A stretch of 64,000 nucleotides of DNA from Verrucomicrobiota bacterium (GTDB lineage Bacteria; Verrucomicrobiota; Verrucomicrobiia; Limisphaerales; SIBE01). The stretch lies in contig JAIPJX010000005.1 of assembly GCA_021733945.1 (NCBI GenBank), forward strand, positions 12,034 to 76,033, given 5' to 3'. A program made the translations under genes and the position numbers. Positions 1 to 10,479 of the stretch are shown piece by piece. Under the pieces are notes generated by a model that saw only the letters and a list, made by a program, of their open reading frames with translations, ran no database searches and had not been told where the DNA came from. Each line of letters begins with the position of its first letter. The stretch's first letter is position 1.

Positions 1-1451
1 TCGCCCTGACCGAAGTTGACCTTCATGGTCACCTCACCGAGGGCATCCTTGCCCTTGGAAACAGCGCGGAGCGTATAGTCCAGCAACCGGCCGGTGGTCT
101 TGGTGAGCCGATCAATCGCCTTGAGCGAGGCATCCACCGGACCATCCCCGATCCCCGCTTCCTGCAGGGTCTGGACGCCCCCCTTTTCACGTTCGGTTTT
201 CCGCAGGCGGACCGTTGCGGTCGGAACCGTCTGGTTTCCACAGGTGACGTTGAGGTATTCGAGCGACCAGGTCTCGGGCACTTCGGTGATATGACCCTCC
301 ACCAGGGCGGTCAAATCATCGTCGTAAACGAACTTCTTCTTGTCCCCGATTTCCTTGAACCGGGAGAAGATCGCGTTCACATCGGCTTCATCCATTTTGA
401 AACCGAGATGCCGAAGGCGCGACGCCACCGCGGCACGACCGCTGTGCTTGGTCAGAGGCAAATCGGTCTGGCCCCAGCCCACGTCCTGCGGGTCCATGAT
501 CTCGTAGGTTTCCCGTTTCTTGAGGATTCCGTCCTGGTGAATTCCACTCGCATGAGCAAAGGCGTTCTCACCGACGATCGCCTTGCTCCGCTGGACCACC
601 AATCCGCACATCCGGGAGACCAGACGCGAGGACTTGACGATTTCCCGTGTATTAATGCCGCACTGGTATCCCTGGAAAAAGTCGCTGCGCGTTTTGAGCG
701 CCATGACGATTTCTTCGAGGGCGGCGTTGCCCGCGCGTTCTCCGATTCCATTGATGGTGCATTCCACCTGACGCGCTCCGGCGGCCACGGCGGCGAGCGA
801 ATTCGCCACGGCAAGCCCGAGGTCATTGTGGCAATGCACGCTGATGATGGCGCGGCCGGTCTGGAATTCGCGCACTTCCTCGTACAACTGACCAATCAGG
901 GCCGCATACTGTTCGGGAACCGCCCAGCCAACCGTGTCCGGAACATTGATGGTGGTGGCTCCGGCCGCAACAGCCGCCTTGCAGACTTCGACAAGGAATT
1001 CCGGTTCGGTTCGCGACCCGTCTTCGGGTGAAAACTCCACATCCGATACAAACGACTTGGCTCGTTTGATGCCGTCGACGGCGAGGCGGATGATCTCATT
1101 GCGCGCCTTGCCGAGTTTAAACTCGCGATGAATTTTCGAAGTGGCGAGAAATACATGAATCCGACCGCGTTTACCGGCGGGTTTCACTGCTTCACCGGCT
1201 GCGTCAATGTCCTTGGCGACACATCGTGCGAGTCCGGCGATGATGGGGCCCTTGATTTCTCGGGCGATGGTTTCCACAGCCGTGAAATCGCCGTCGCTGA
1301 TGACCGGAAAACCGGCCTCGATGACATCGACCTTCAGGCGTGCCAGCTGCCGTGCGACCTCGAGCTTTTCGCGCAGGTTCATGGATGCGCCGGGGCACTG
1401 CTCGCCATCGCGGAGCGTTGTGTCGAAGATGATGATTCTCTTATTTTTCAT
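1..1451 (-). CDS. leuA: 2-isopropylmalate synthase (5' part; C-terminus runs off the window start)
   Basis: The minus frame is open from the ATG at 1451 to the window edge, so it is absent from the ORF track. My translation reads MKNKRIIIFDTTLRDGEQCPGASMN...VHCHNDLGLAVANSLAAV...INGIGERAGNAALEE...HASGIHQDG, which are classic LeuA/HMGL-like signatures. Confidence 0.9.
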   Translation of the reverse strand, partial: MKNKRIIIFDTTLRDGEQCPGASMNLREKLEVARQLARLKVDVIEAGFPVISDGDFTAVETIAREIKGPIIAGLARCVAKDIDAAGEAVKPAGKRGRIHVFLATSKIHREFKLGKARNEIIRLAVDGIKRAKSFVSDVEFSPEDGSRTEPEFLVEVCKAAVAAGATTINVPDTVGWAVPEQYAALIGQLYEEVREFQTGRAIISVHCHNDLGLAVANSLAAVAAGARQVECTINGIGERAGNAALEEIVMALKTRSDFFQGYQCGINTREIVKSSRLVSRMCGLVVQRSKAIVGENAFAHASGIHQDGILKKRETYEIMDPQDVGWGQTDLPLTKHSGRAAVASRLRHLGFKMDEADVNAIFSRFKEIGDKKKFVYDDDLTALVEGHITEVPETWSLEYLNVTCGNQTVPTATVRLRKTEREKGGVQTLQEAGIGDGPVDASLKAIDRLTKTTGRLLDYTLRAVSKGKDALGEVTMKVNFGQG

Positions 1452-1490
1452 AGTTTTCCTTTTCCCGCCGAGTTCTGGAGTCCGCCGGAA

Positions 1491-1528
1491 AGCAAAAACC
1501 CCACCGCCGGTTTTGGCAGGTGGGGTTT
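1491..1528 (-). terminator. Intrinsic terminator/attenuator hairpin (AAACCCCACC/GGTGGGGTTT stem, U5 on the minus strand), about 40 nt upstream of the leuA ATG
   Basis: 10-bp GC-rich stem at 1496-1505/1519-1528 with extra GCC/GGC pairs in the loop. On the minus strand it is followed by TTTTT. It lies 146 nt downstream of the jag stop. Confidence 0.7.
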
Positions 1529-1674
1529 GAAAGCTGATTGGAACGCGCTACAACCCGACTGCCACCCGGCCTGTAAGCAGGGTGTCTAGCGACAGCAGGT
1601 TGGTCCAATTGCGATTCACAGTGCCTGAGTGTTAGTCCTTTGGCCGGGCGCGGTCAACAGGAAAAAACGAATCG

Positions 1675-2124
1675 TCAATGCCGGGGCCGCAGGATGATCA
1701 CCTTCTTCTCGGTGCCCTCAACCTCGACGCTGTGGGTTTCGACGGAGGGATTATCCTTGAGGGCATTGTGAATGATGCGGCGGTCGAATGCGTTGAGGGG
1801 CTCCAGCTCGACGATGTCCCCCCAGCGCCGGACCTTTTCGGCTGCGGCCAGCGCCTTCTGCACCAGAGCGTCCCGGGCCTGGGTGCGGTAGCCCCCGATG
1901 TCCACGGTGACCTTGGGTGCCGAGGGATCCTGCTGGAAGAGCATCCGATTGGCAATGTACTGCACCTCGCTCAAAGTCTGACCCTGCCGGCCGATCAACC
2001 GCCCGGCATCGTCCGCTTTGACATCCAGCAACAGACCTCCGTCCATTTCATGTGGTTCGACGGTGGCGTCGAATCCGAGATGACGCAGAAGTTCCTCAAG
2101 GGTTTTTTTCGGGTCGGCAGCCAT
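1675..2124 (-). CDS. jag: Jag/KhpB-type RNA-binding protein (KH + R3H domains)
   Basis: 149 aa. The sequence GRLIGRQGQTLSEVQYI is KH-like and the C-terminus DRRIIHNALKDNPSVETHSVEVEG is R3H-like. It sits directly after yidC, as in the conserved rnpA-yidC-jag operon. Confidence 0.85.
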   Translation of the reverse strand: MAADPKKTLEELLRHLGFDATVEPHEMDGGLLLDVKADDAGRLIGRQGQTLSEVQYIANRMLFQQDPSAPKVTVDIGGYRTQARDALVQKALAAAEKVRRWGDIVELEPLNAFDRRIIHNALKDNPSVETHSVEVEGTEKKVIILRPRH

Positions 2125-2192
2125 AAAAATGAAATGAGCGGTTTCTGGGTTTGAGCATTCGACCGGTCTCTCGGGCCGGTCGGCAAGCGTCG

Positions 2193-4034
2193 TCAGTTGC
2201 GTTTCCGTTTCTTGGGACCCGGACCCTTCAGGGCGGGTGCGGCAGGTGTTCCAGGTGCCTGCGCGTTGGGTTCATTGGTCCGCGTGAGCTTCATCTGAGC
2301 AATTGTTAGCAGATTCTGAACGGTCCAGTAAAGCGTCAAGCCTGCCGAGAAATTGTAGAGAAAGACCATGAACATGAGCGGCATGTACTTCATGATCTTC
2401 TGCTGGGCCGGGTCCATGCCGGGGGAAGCCGGTGTCAAACGAGCCTGCCAGAGCATCGTGGCCCCCATGAGCAGGGGCATCGGATTGATGGGAAAATTGA
2501 TGCCCGGGATGGTGGCAACCGTGTCACCGCGCGACAGATCGCACACCCACAGGAACTCGGCACCGCGAAGTTCGATCGCGCTGCGCAGCATGGTGTAGAA
2601 CCCGATGAACACGGGAATCTGCAGGACCATGGGAAGGCAACCGCCCAGGGGACTGACCCGATTTTCGCGCATGAACTCCATGAGTTTCATGTTCATTTTC
2701 TTGGGGTCATCCTTGTATTTCTCCTGAAGCGCCTTCATCTGGGGCTGCAGGGCCGCCATCCGTTTCATCGAGCGGGTGCTCGCCTTGGTCAGAGGCCAGA
2801 AGAGCATTTTGATGATGACGGTGATCGAGACAATCGCCAGACCGTAGGAGAGTCCGAGGGAATAAAATCCGTTCATCGCCAGCAGCAGGCCCTTGGCGAA
2901 CCAACCGAAGAAACCGAACTGCATCACCAGATCCAGGCGCAGATCGTCGCGATCCCCGATTCTGGAAAGCCGGTTTGCCAGAATCTTGTATTCCTTGGGT
3001 CCGGCGTAGATGTCAAACTCGCGGTCGATCTGTTGTCCGGCAACCAGCCGCATGCCCGGATAGACCAGGCTGGTCTGGAACCCGAAGGGTTGATCGGAAA
3101 TTTCCGAATCGGCCAGGAGTTCCGCCTGCGTCGGCCTGGGAAGATTGATCTTGCGCGCCGCCACCCGGGGAGCCGGCTCGCCCGGAATCACGATCATCGT
3201 GAAGAACTGGTTCTGCACCGAGGTCCAGACGACGTTGCTGGCACCCGCGGCGTACTGGGTGCGGGCCTGGCCCGGGAAACAACCCAGGGTGCGGTTTGCA
3301 AACCAGGTCTCATTGATCGTTTCGGCCTTGGTACCGTTGTACCACTGCATACCCATCAGCATGGACTGATCGTCCTTGTTCAGCGGTGTCGCGGTTCCAA
3401 CGGTCCATTCCTGGAACGGGAGATCGAGCGGCTCGGCCGATGTGTTCTCGAACCGGATGCTGGCTTTGAGCAGGTAGTTGGTGCTGAGCCGCACCTCCTT
3501 GACGATCCGGAGTTTGCTGTCCAGGGTTTTCTCGGCGCGGACACCGCCCTGAATGGCGGTCAATACAAACACGCCGTCCCCTTCCACCTGGGGTCCCCCC
3601 AGAATCGCCAGAGCGGGCACGGGGGCCGGGGCATTGAGCCTGGCAAATTCGTTGGTGGCGGCATCCTTCTCGCAGGTGATGTGCGCCAAATATTTTTTCA
3701 GCTCGATCGATTTGAGACCACCGCCGTGGGAGGTGAACGTGTAGATGGCGTCCTCACTCTCGATCTTGAGGGTCTGCTCCGGCGCCGCCGATTGGACCGG
3801 TTGCAGGGGCGGGGCGATGGGATCGGTTGTGTCGACTGCACCGGGAGCAGAGGCCACGGTTTCCAGCTGAGCAACTTTGTTGGTCTGGAATCCGGACACT
3901 TCACCCGAAGCATTGGACACCCGGTTGGTCTGCAGCTCGATGGGTGTGGGTGGAAACCACTTGTTCACCATCGGATACCAAAGCATCAGGAGGGCGAACG
4001 AGGCGAGGAGTACTATGTAAGATTTGCGATCCAT
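2193..4034 (-). CDS. yidC: Membrane protein insertase YidC
   Basis: 613 aa with an N-terminal TM segment, a large periplasmic domain and a C-terminal 60 kDa insertase core (PLGGCLPMVLQIPVFIGFY...LYWTVQNLLTIAQ). Conserved operon position. Confidence 0.93.
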   Translation of the reverse strand: MDRKSYIVLLASFALLMLWYPMVNKWFPPTPIELQTNRVSNASGEVSGFQTNKVAQLETVASAPGAVDTTDPIAPPLQPVQSAAPEQTLKIESEDAIYTFTSHGGGLKSIELKKYLAHITCEKDAATNEFARLNAPAPVPALAILGGPQVEGDGVFVLTAIQGGVRAEKTLDSKLRIVKEVRLSTNYLLKASIRFENTSAEPLDLPFQEWTVGTATPLNKDDQSMLMGMQWYNGTKAETINETWFANRTLGCFPGQARTQYAAGASNVVWTSVQNQFFTMIVIPGEPAPRVAARKINLPRPTQAELLADSEISDQPFGFQTSLVYPGMRLVAGQQIDREFDIYAGPKEYKILANRLSRIGDRDDLRLDLVMQFGFFGWFAKGLLLAMNGFYSLGLSYGLAIVSITVIIKMLFWPLTKASTRSMKRMAALQPQMKALQEKYKDDPKKMNMKLMEFMRENRVSPLGGCLPMVLQIPVFIGFYTMLRSAIELRGAEFLWVCDLSRGDTVATIPGINFPINPMPLLMGATMLWQARLTPASPGMDPAQQKIMKYMPLMFMVFLYNFSAGLTLYWTVQNLLTIAQMKLTRTNEPNAQAPGTPAAPALKGPGPKKRKRN

Positions 4035-4043
4035 CGAATTGAA

Positions 4044-4385
4044 TCAGAATTGAACCGGACTTGGATTGCGGCGTGCCGGAGTCTGCCGGCTCACGCGGGA
4101 ATCCGAGGGTTCCATTTGAAAAGTATGACAGGGTTGATCCAGTGCTGCGGGCGGCACCGGATCAGCACCGCATCCCCCCCAGGGATGACAACGGCAGATG
4201 CGCCCCAGGGAGAGCAGGGTCCCACGAAACGGGCCGTGGGCCCCGAGCGCATCCAAGGCGTATTGGGAGCAGGAGGGATCAAACCGGCAGCGTGAGAACG
4301 GACCAAACAGGAATGTCTTGAGCGGGGACAATGTCCAGCGGTAAAGCTGCACACAGAGGACAAGCATAGTCTGGAGGATCTTCAC
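4044..4385 (-). CDS. yidD: Membrane protein insertion efficiency factor YidD (with C-terminal extension)
   Basis: YRWTLSPL...[17 protein letters not shown]...G..L...[17 protein letters not shown] is the YidD signature. There is a 4-nt overlap with the rnpA stop. Confidence 0.88.
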   Translation of the reverse strand: MKILQTMLVLCVQLYRWTLSPLKTFLFGPFSRCRFDPSCSQYALDALGAHGPFRGTLLSLGRICRCHPWGGCGADPVPPAALDQPCHTFQMEPSDSRVSRQTPARRNPSPVQF

Positions 4386-4774
4386 GAAGGCTCTTTCAGA
4401 AGCCGGGCGTGCCGGAGGAACGCAAGGTAATCACGTTCCACATCGGAGAATTTCTTGCAGGTGATTGAGGCGCGAGCCACCAAGACGACGGCCACCGGTT
4501 GGGTGGGGTCGCACTGATGCAGTCGAAAGGCTTCCCGGAGCAATCTCCTGGCGCGGGCGCGAACGACCGCGTTTCCCAGCCTGCGCGAGGTGATGACGCC
4601 CAATTGCATTTGCGAACCGGGAGGGAGCACCATCCAGTTCGCGACCAAACATCCTTTCGCCAGTCGTTTCCCTTGGTCTCGAATCTGTGTGAACTCCCGC
4701 TTGGTTTTCAAGCGCATGGCGCGGCTCAGCCGCATGCCACAGACCGCATCGCCAGGTAGACGAGCGCTGCTCAC
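4382..4774 (-). CDS. rnpA: Ribonuclease P protein component
   Basis: The [16 protein letters not shown]...[26 protein letters not shown] motif is typical of RnpA. The listed start at 4774 is GTG. ATGs at 4735 or 4717 are more plausible, because 4774 abuts the rpmH stop. Confidence 0.85.
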   Translation of the reverse strand: MSSARLPGDAVCGMRLSRAMRLKTKREFTQIRDQGKRLAKGCLVANWMVLPPGSQMQLGVITSRRLGNAVVRARARRLLREAFRLHQCDPTQPVAVVLVARASITCKKFSDVERDYLAFLRHARLLKEPS

Positions 4775-4775
4775 T

Positions 4776-4913
4776 CTAGACGGGTGTCAGACGCTTGCGA
4801 CCGACCCGGCGTCGGTTGGCAAGGATTGCCCGGCCGCTTTTTGACGAGTTCCGGTTCAGGAAACCGTGTTGCCGCTTGCGGCTGATTTTCGAGGGTTGAT
4901 ATTGCCGTTTCAT
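4776..4913 (-). CDS. rpmH: 50S ribosomal protein L34
   Basis: Too short for the ORF track. My translation is [45 protein letters not shown] (45 aa), the canonical L34 pattern. It lies immediately upstream of rnpA. Confidence 0.92.
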   Translation of the reverse strand: MKRQYQPSKISRKRQHGFLNRNSSKSGRAILANRRRVGRKRLTPV

Positions 4914-5188
4914 CTGTAAATTGTTACCTATTCTACGTATTCGTTATGTGGCGCAACCACTTGGCTCACGAAACGAAGGCCTCCCGGAGGCCCTGCGTTT
5001 TGCACAGAACTTGGCACTCTATCAATGAAGTCCGGGGTGTCAAGCATTGGCCCGCAGCTTCCGAAAGAAGCAGCCAATGCCTGATGCCGCCCGAAAGCCG
5101 CTTTTTCAGGAAGAATGAACTTCCTGAAGGTTACGCCGCAGCAACGAATCGCGACGGGCGAGTCCGGTCCAACTAGTCCTTTATATCC

Positions 5189-6403
5189 ATGCCTGCCTAT
5201 ACTTATCTCGCTCGAGATGCCGCCACGGGAAGAGAGCTCCGTAATTCGCTCGACGCCCCCACGGAGGAAGCGGCCATTGCGGCACTGCTCAACCGGAATC
5301 TTCTGGTGCTGTCCATCGAGGAAAAAACCTCCAAGAAGGGCAAATCGGCCGGTGGCTCGGTTCCACTGTCTGACCTGGTGGTCTTCACGCGCCAGCTGGC
5401 AACCATGATCGACGCCGGTCTGGCCATGGTACAATCGCTGCAAGCCCTTGCCGAGCAAACGAATAACAAGCTGATGCGCGATGTCATCCGCGATGTCTGC
5501 TCGCGTGTCGAGGGGGGTGACGGTTTTTCGATGGCCCTTCAGCGCCATCCCAAAATCTTCACCCGGCTCTATGTCTGCATGGTGGACGCAGGCGAAAAGG
5601 GCGGCCTGCTGGCGGAGATTCTCGCGCGTCTGGCCACCTACCTGGAAAACACGGCACGCCTCCGCAAGAAGGTGAAGTCCTCCATGATGTACCCCACCGC
5701 AGTGACCGCGATCGCGATCCTGATCACGATTTTCCTGCTCTACAAGGTGGTGCCGGTCTTTGGCGAGATCTTTTCCGGGTTCGGTGCCAAGCTGCCGGCA
5801 CCAACCGAATATCTGATGAAGCTCAGTGCCTTCGTTCAGGACACCATTTTCCTGATCATTCCCGGTATGGGTGCGGTGGTCTACGGCTGGCTGGCCTATA
5901 TCAAAACGAAACCCGGACGCGAATTCTGGGACCGGACCCGGATTAAACTCCCCATTTTTGGGGTGATCGCCCATAAAATCTGTCTGGCCCGATTCACCCG
6001 CACGCTCGCCTCGCTGATCCGAAGCGGTGTGCCGATTCTCGAGGTGTTGAACATCGTGGCCAACACCGTCGGCAATGTGATCATGGAAAAGGCGATCCGC
6101 GTTGCCTCCTCCGATATTGAACGCGGCGACGGAATCTCGGCCGCCCTGGCCAAGCATCCGGTGTTTCCCACCATGGTGATCCGAATGCTGACGGCCGGGG
6201 AACAGACCGGCAAGATCGATTCGATGCTCGAACGCGTGGCCGATTTTCTCGATGAAGAGATTGAAACCACCCTGTCGGGTTTGACATCACTCATTGAGCC
6301 CTTGCTGATTGTATTTCTGGGGGTGGTGGTCGGGGGCATTGTGATCTGCATGTTCCTTCCTATCTTCAAGATGAGCGAGATCATCAATCCACCCGGGAGA
6401 TGA
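5189..6403 (+). CDS. pilC: Type IV pilus / type II secretion platform protein (PilC/GspF family)
   Basis: 404 aa with two GspF repeats (FTRQLATMIDAGL...; FTRTLASLIRSGVPILEVL...GEQTGKIDSMLERVADF) and three TM segments. Confidence 0.88.
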   Translation: MPAYTYLARDAATGRELRNSLDAPTEEAAIAALLNRNLLVLSIEEKTSKKGKSAGGSVPLSDLVVFTRQLATMIDAGLAMVQSLQALAEQTNNKLMRDVIRDVCSRVEGGDGFSMALQRHPKIFTRLYVCMVDAGEKGGLLAEILARLATYLENTARLRKKVKSSMMYPTAVTAIAILITIFLLYKVVPVFGEIFSGFGAKLPAPTEYLMKLSAFVQDTIFLIIPGMGAVVYGWLAYIKTKPGREFWDRTRIKLPIFGVIAHKICLARFTRTLASLIRSGVPILEVLNIVANTVGNVIMEKAIRVASSDIERGDGISAALAKHPVFPTMVIRMLTAGEQTGKIDSMLERVADFLDEEIETTLSGLTSLIEPLLIVFLGVVVGGIVICMFLPIFKMSEIINPPGR

Positions 6404-6491
6404 ACGCGGGGCATCCCAAGGGTCGCAGGACGCGCCGCCACAAGATTCCAGCTTGCTCTGGACGACCTCTTAGAGCTATAGATGATACAGG

Positions 6492-7976
<1,485 letters not shown>

Positions 7977-8107
7977 CCCGGCCGGGTTGCCCGGAAACCG
8001 GTGATCCGGAGGGGGTTGAGATTTTTATTTCCATTTCGCTCAACAATTCTACGATTCAGCCTCGGTCCGGTTCCATCCGGTTCCATTATCTTAACTAGAA
8101 ATCGACT

Positions 8108-9073
8108 ATGCCAATTACACATACCAAAGACCTGTTCGCCAAGGCGCTGAAAGGGAAGTACGCCCTGGGTGCCTTTAATGTCAACAATATGGAGTTGCTC
8201 CAGGCGATCGTCGAAGCCTGCGAGGAAGAGAAGGCTCCGGTCATGTTGCAGATCTCAAAGGGGGCCCGGCAATACGCCAATCCCGTCTATCTGAAGAAAC
8301 TCATCGAGGCGGCGGTCAGCCTCTCCACCATCCCGATCGCGGTGCATCTCGATCACGGCGATTCCTTCGAACTCTGCAAGGAATGCATCGACGAAGGTTT
8401 TACCAGCGTCATGATCGATGGCAGCCATCTGCCATTCGACAAGAACGTCGAGGTTTGCAAGAAAGTCGTCGAATACGCTCACAAACGCAACTGCGTCGTG
8501 GAAGGCGAACTGGGCATGCTCGTGGGTGCCCAGCACGATGACGGAGAAGAAGGGGGCGGGTTCTCAAAGGGCGGCGTTTATACCCATCCCGACGAAGCTG
8601 TGGAGTTTGTGAAGGCCACCGGAGTCGATTCCCTGGCGGTTGCGATTGGCAACTCCCACGGTGCCTACAAATTCAAGGGCCAGCAACGCCTGGACCTCGA
8701 GCGTCTGAAAGCAATCAAAAGCGCGCTCATGGAAGCCGGCCTGGGTGACTACCCGCTTGTGCTGCACGGTGCTTCAAGCGTTCCCAAGGACCTCGTCTTG
8801 GAAATCAACAAATACGGTGGCAAGATGGGCGACGACACTGCGGGTGTGCCCGAAGCGGACATCGAAGTGGCGCGCCGTACCGGCTGCACCAAGGTGAACA
8901 TCGACACCGATCTGCGCCTCGCCATGACAGCGGCGATCCGCAAGGTCTTTGCTGAATCACCCAAAGAATTCGATCCCCGGAAATACCTCAGTCCCGCCCG
9001 CGAAAAGGTCAAGGATCTCGTCCGGCACAAGGTCAAAAACGTGCTCTGTTGCTCGGGGCACGCGTTCGATTAG
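8108..9073 (+). CDS. fba: Class II fructose-bisphosphate aldolase
   Basis: 321 aa. GAFNVNNMELLQAIVEA..., PIAVHLDHG and EGELG are class II FBA signatures. Confidence 0.9.
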   Translation: MPITHTKDLFAKALKGKYALGAFNVNNMELLQAIVEACEEEKAPVMLQISKGARQYANPVYLKKLIEAAVSLSTIPIAVHLDHGDSFELCKECIDEGFTSVMIDGSHLPFDKNVEVCKKVVEYAHKRNCVVEGELGMLVGAQHDDGEEGGGFSKGGVYTHPDEAVEFVKATGVDSLAVAIGNSHGAYKFKGQQRLDLERLKAIKSALMEAGLGDYPLVLHGASSVPKDLVLEINKYGGKMGDDTAGVPEADIEVARRTGCTKVNIDTDLRLAMTAAIRKVFAESPKEFDPRKYLSPAREKVKDLVRHKVKNVLCCSGHAFD

Positions 9074-9107
9074 AAAATCGGCCGCCCACCAGAATTCACA
9101 CTTTGGA

Positions 9108-9141
9108 GGGGGTGCCACAGGCTCTTCCTGTGGCACCCCCA
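9108..9141. terminator. Perfect 14-bp GC-rich hairpin between convergent fba and vapC
   Basis: GGGGGTGCCACAGG-ctcttc-CCTGTGGCACCCCC. There is no U-tract on either strand, so its function as a bidirectional terminator is inferred from position only. Confidence 0.45.
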
Positions 9142-9216
9142 TGAGCGACCTGCTCATTCGCTGCATCCTGACCGCCTGGCCTGACTGCCTCAACCAATGC
9201 ACACGATTCTCGGACC

Positions 9217-9651
9217 CTAGCGCGCACGAACCGGATCATTCCACTTCAAGTTCTTGAACCGCGCAAAGTCGTTGTCCGTCGATTGAAGGGCGCAGTTGTG
9301 CTCGACCGCAAGTGCGGCCAGGTGCGCGTCGGACACCAGATTGCCGGTGGCATTCCCTTCCTTGAGCATCCTTTGGAAGATTTTCCAGTGTTCCTCCGTC
9401 GGTTGGATCAGACGCACGCATGGCTGATCCAACCAGGACTGGACCCGTTCGCAAGCTTCCTTGAGCGTCAGCGGTCGCTGATGCAGTCGCGCATTCGTGC
9501 CGATTCGTATAAACGCTTTCAATACCGGCCAGCTCAGGCAGACAGGAACAGTGCCGCTCAACTGCTCGTCCCACCAGGCGCGGGCGGCTTCGTGGTGTTC
9601 CGACAGACTGTCCTCGGCGTAGAGCAGCAAATTGGCGTCAACAAGAATCAC
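9217..9651 (-). CDS. vapC: PIN-domain toxin, VapC family
   Basis: 144 aa. It has the N-terminal MILVDANLLLYA acidic motif and later D/E residues (SDAHLAALA, STDNDF). There is a 4-nt overlap with the upstream antitoxin ORF. Confidence 0.8.
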   Translation of the reverse strand: MILVDANLLLYAEDSLSEHHEAARAWWDEQLSGTVPVCLSWPVLKAFIRIGTNARLHQRPLTLKEACERVQSWLDQPCVRLIQPTEEHWKIFQRMLKEGNATGNLVSDAHLAALAVEHNCALQSTDNDFARFKNLKWNDPVRAR

Positions 9652-9893
9652 TGATAATCCTCCCCTTCGGCGCGGGCCAGCAGTTCGCCAATATCGTCGT
9701 AGCTGAAGCCGCGCCGCAGGCCCAGCGGACGGGGTTTGGTGATATACGGTCTGGCGGACGGAGGCTTCAATACCTGATCCAGTCCGATGCGCAGAGCCGC
9801 GTTCACGACTTCCTTGAAAGGCCTGCCAAGACGGGCGGCACCTTTCCTGGCTTTGGCCGCGACGTCCGGATCAAGCGTCAAGGTGGTTCTCAT
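9648..9893 (-). CDS. vapB: VapB-type antitoxin
   Basis: 81 aa. MRTTLTLDPDVAAKARK is typical of VapB/DUF2191-like antitoxins, and the gene is translationally coupled to vapC. Confidence 0.7.
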   Translation of the reverse strand: MRTTLTLDPDVAAKARKGAARLGRPFKEVVNAALRIGLDQVLKPPSARPYITKPRPLGLRRGFSYDDIGELLARAEGEDYQ

Positions 9894-9896
9894 GAG

Positions 9897-9910
9897 AGCA
9901 TCATGATGCT
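9897..9910. promoter_or_regulatory. Perfect 14-bp palindrome AGCATCATGATGCT, 3 nt upstream of the vapB start (candidate TA operator)
   Basis: Read directly from the sequence. Type II antitoxins usually autoregulate through palindromic operators that overlap their promoter or RBS. Confidence 0.4.
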
Positions 9911-9984
9911 TTTAGAGAGCCTGTCAAGGTGTGCAATGGCTTTGTTCCACGGCGGCCCAGTTCGACGATGAAGGTACCCCCTGT

Positions 9985-10413
9985 TCACCCGGCTGCCGTT
10001 TCGCCTGGTTTGGAGCCGGATTTCGGTTGATGCCGCACAAACAGCGGAATGCAGGTTTCCTGGCGCCCATCAATTGCCAGATCAATGGCGTATTGACCCG
10101 GGTTGTCAAACTTGAGCTGCTGGATGTTGATGATGAAGTTGCGAACCAGGAAATTGGCGTCCGCGGGCATCGAAACATCGACGGGCATGTCGATGCTCGG
10201 CATCACAAACTTGCCGTCCTCGTCCACGAAATTCATCTTCACCTTGTGCTGCCCCTCTTCGATCTTCGAAAACGCAATTCGCAATGCCACTGAGCACTGC
10301 GGATGAAACGCCGGCAGGTGGTTGGTGACGATCGTGTCAAACGTTCCAAGGATGTTGAGTTTGCCACCGTAATCGGTTGCCGCATCGCACAGAACGGCCA
10401 GTTGAATGTTCAT
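9985..10413 (-). CDS. Hypothetical protein (DUF6941-like, recalled)
   Basis: The ATG at 10413 gives MNIQLAVLCDAATDYGGKLNILGTFDTI... The upstream extension to 10470 looks non-native. Co-directional with the pseudopilin gene, 67 nt downstream of it. Confidence 0.5.
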   Translation of the reverse strand: MNIQLAVLCDAATDYGGKLNILGTFDTIVTNHLPAFHPQCSVALRIAFSKIEEGQHKVKMNFVDEDGKFVMPSIDMPVDVSMPADANFLVRNFIINIQQLKFDNPGQYAIDLAIDGRQETCIPLFVRHQPKSGSKPGETAAG

Positions 10414-10479
10414 TGCCTCTATAATGAGCCTCGTCCGGCGTTTCGCAATCGTCGATTGCCGCAAATGCACGGACGGACC

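Noticed and set aside
291-1031. Long plus-strand ORF (246 aa), with several other ORFs at 94-1589, overlapping the first 1.5 kb
   Set aside because: These are shadows of the real minus-strand leuA frame. The leuA frame is continuously open and has unmistakable LeuA motifs. The listed ORFs have Arg/Gly/Pro-rich nonsense composition.
3033-4295. 420-aa plus-strand ORF antisense to yidC/yidD
   Set aside because: GC-rich antisense shadow with no motifs. The opposite strand encodes well-supported genes.
4928-6157. 409-aa minus-strand ORF antisense to pilC
   Set aside because: Antisense shadow ORF. PilC on the plus strand has clear GspF repeats.
9931-9950. Extra TGTTCCAC parS half-sites (about 9934, 12406 and 30002) and an 11/16 parS-like string at about 59977
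   Set aside because: An 8-mer is expected about twice per window by chance, and the partner half-sites do not match. Only the two perfect 16-mers are reported.
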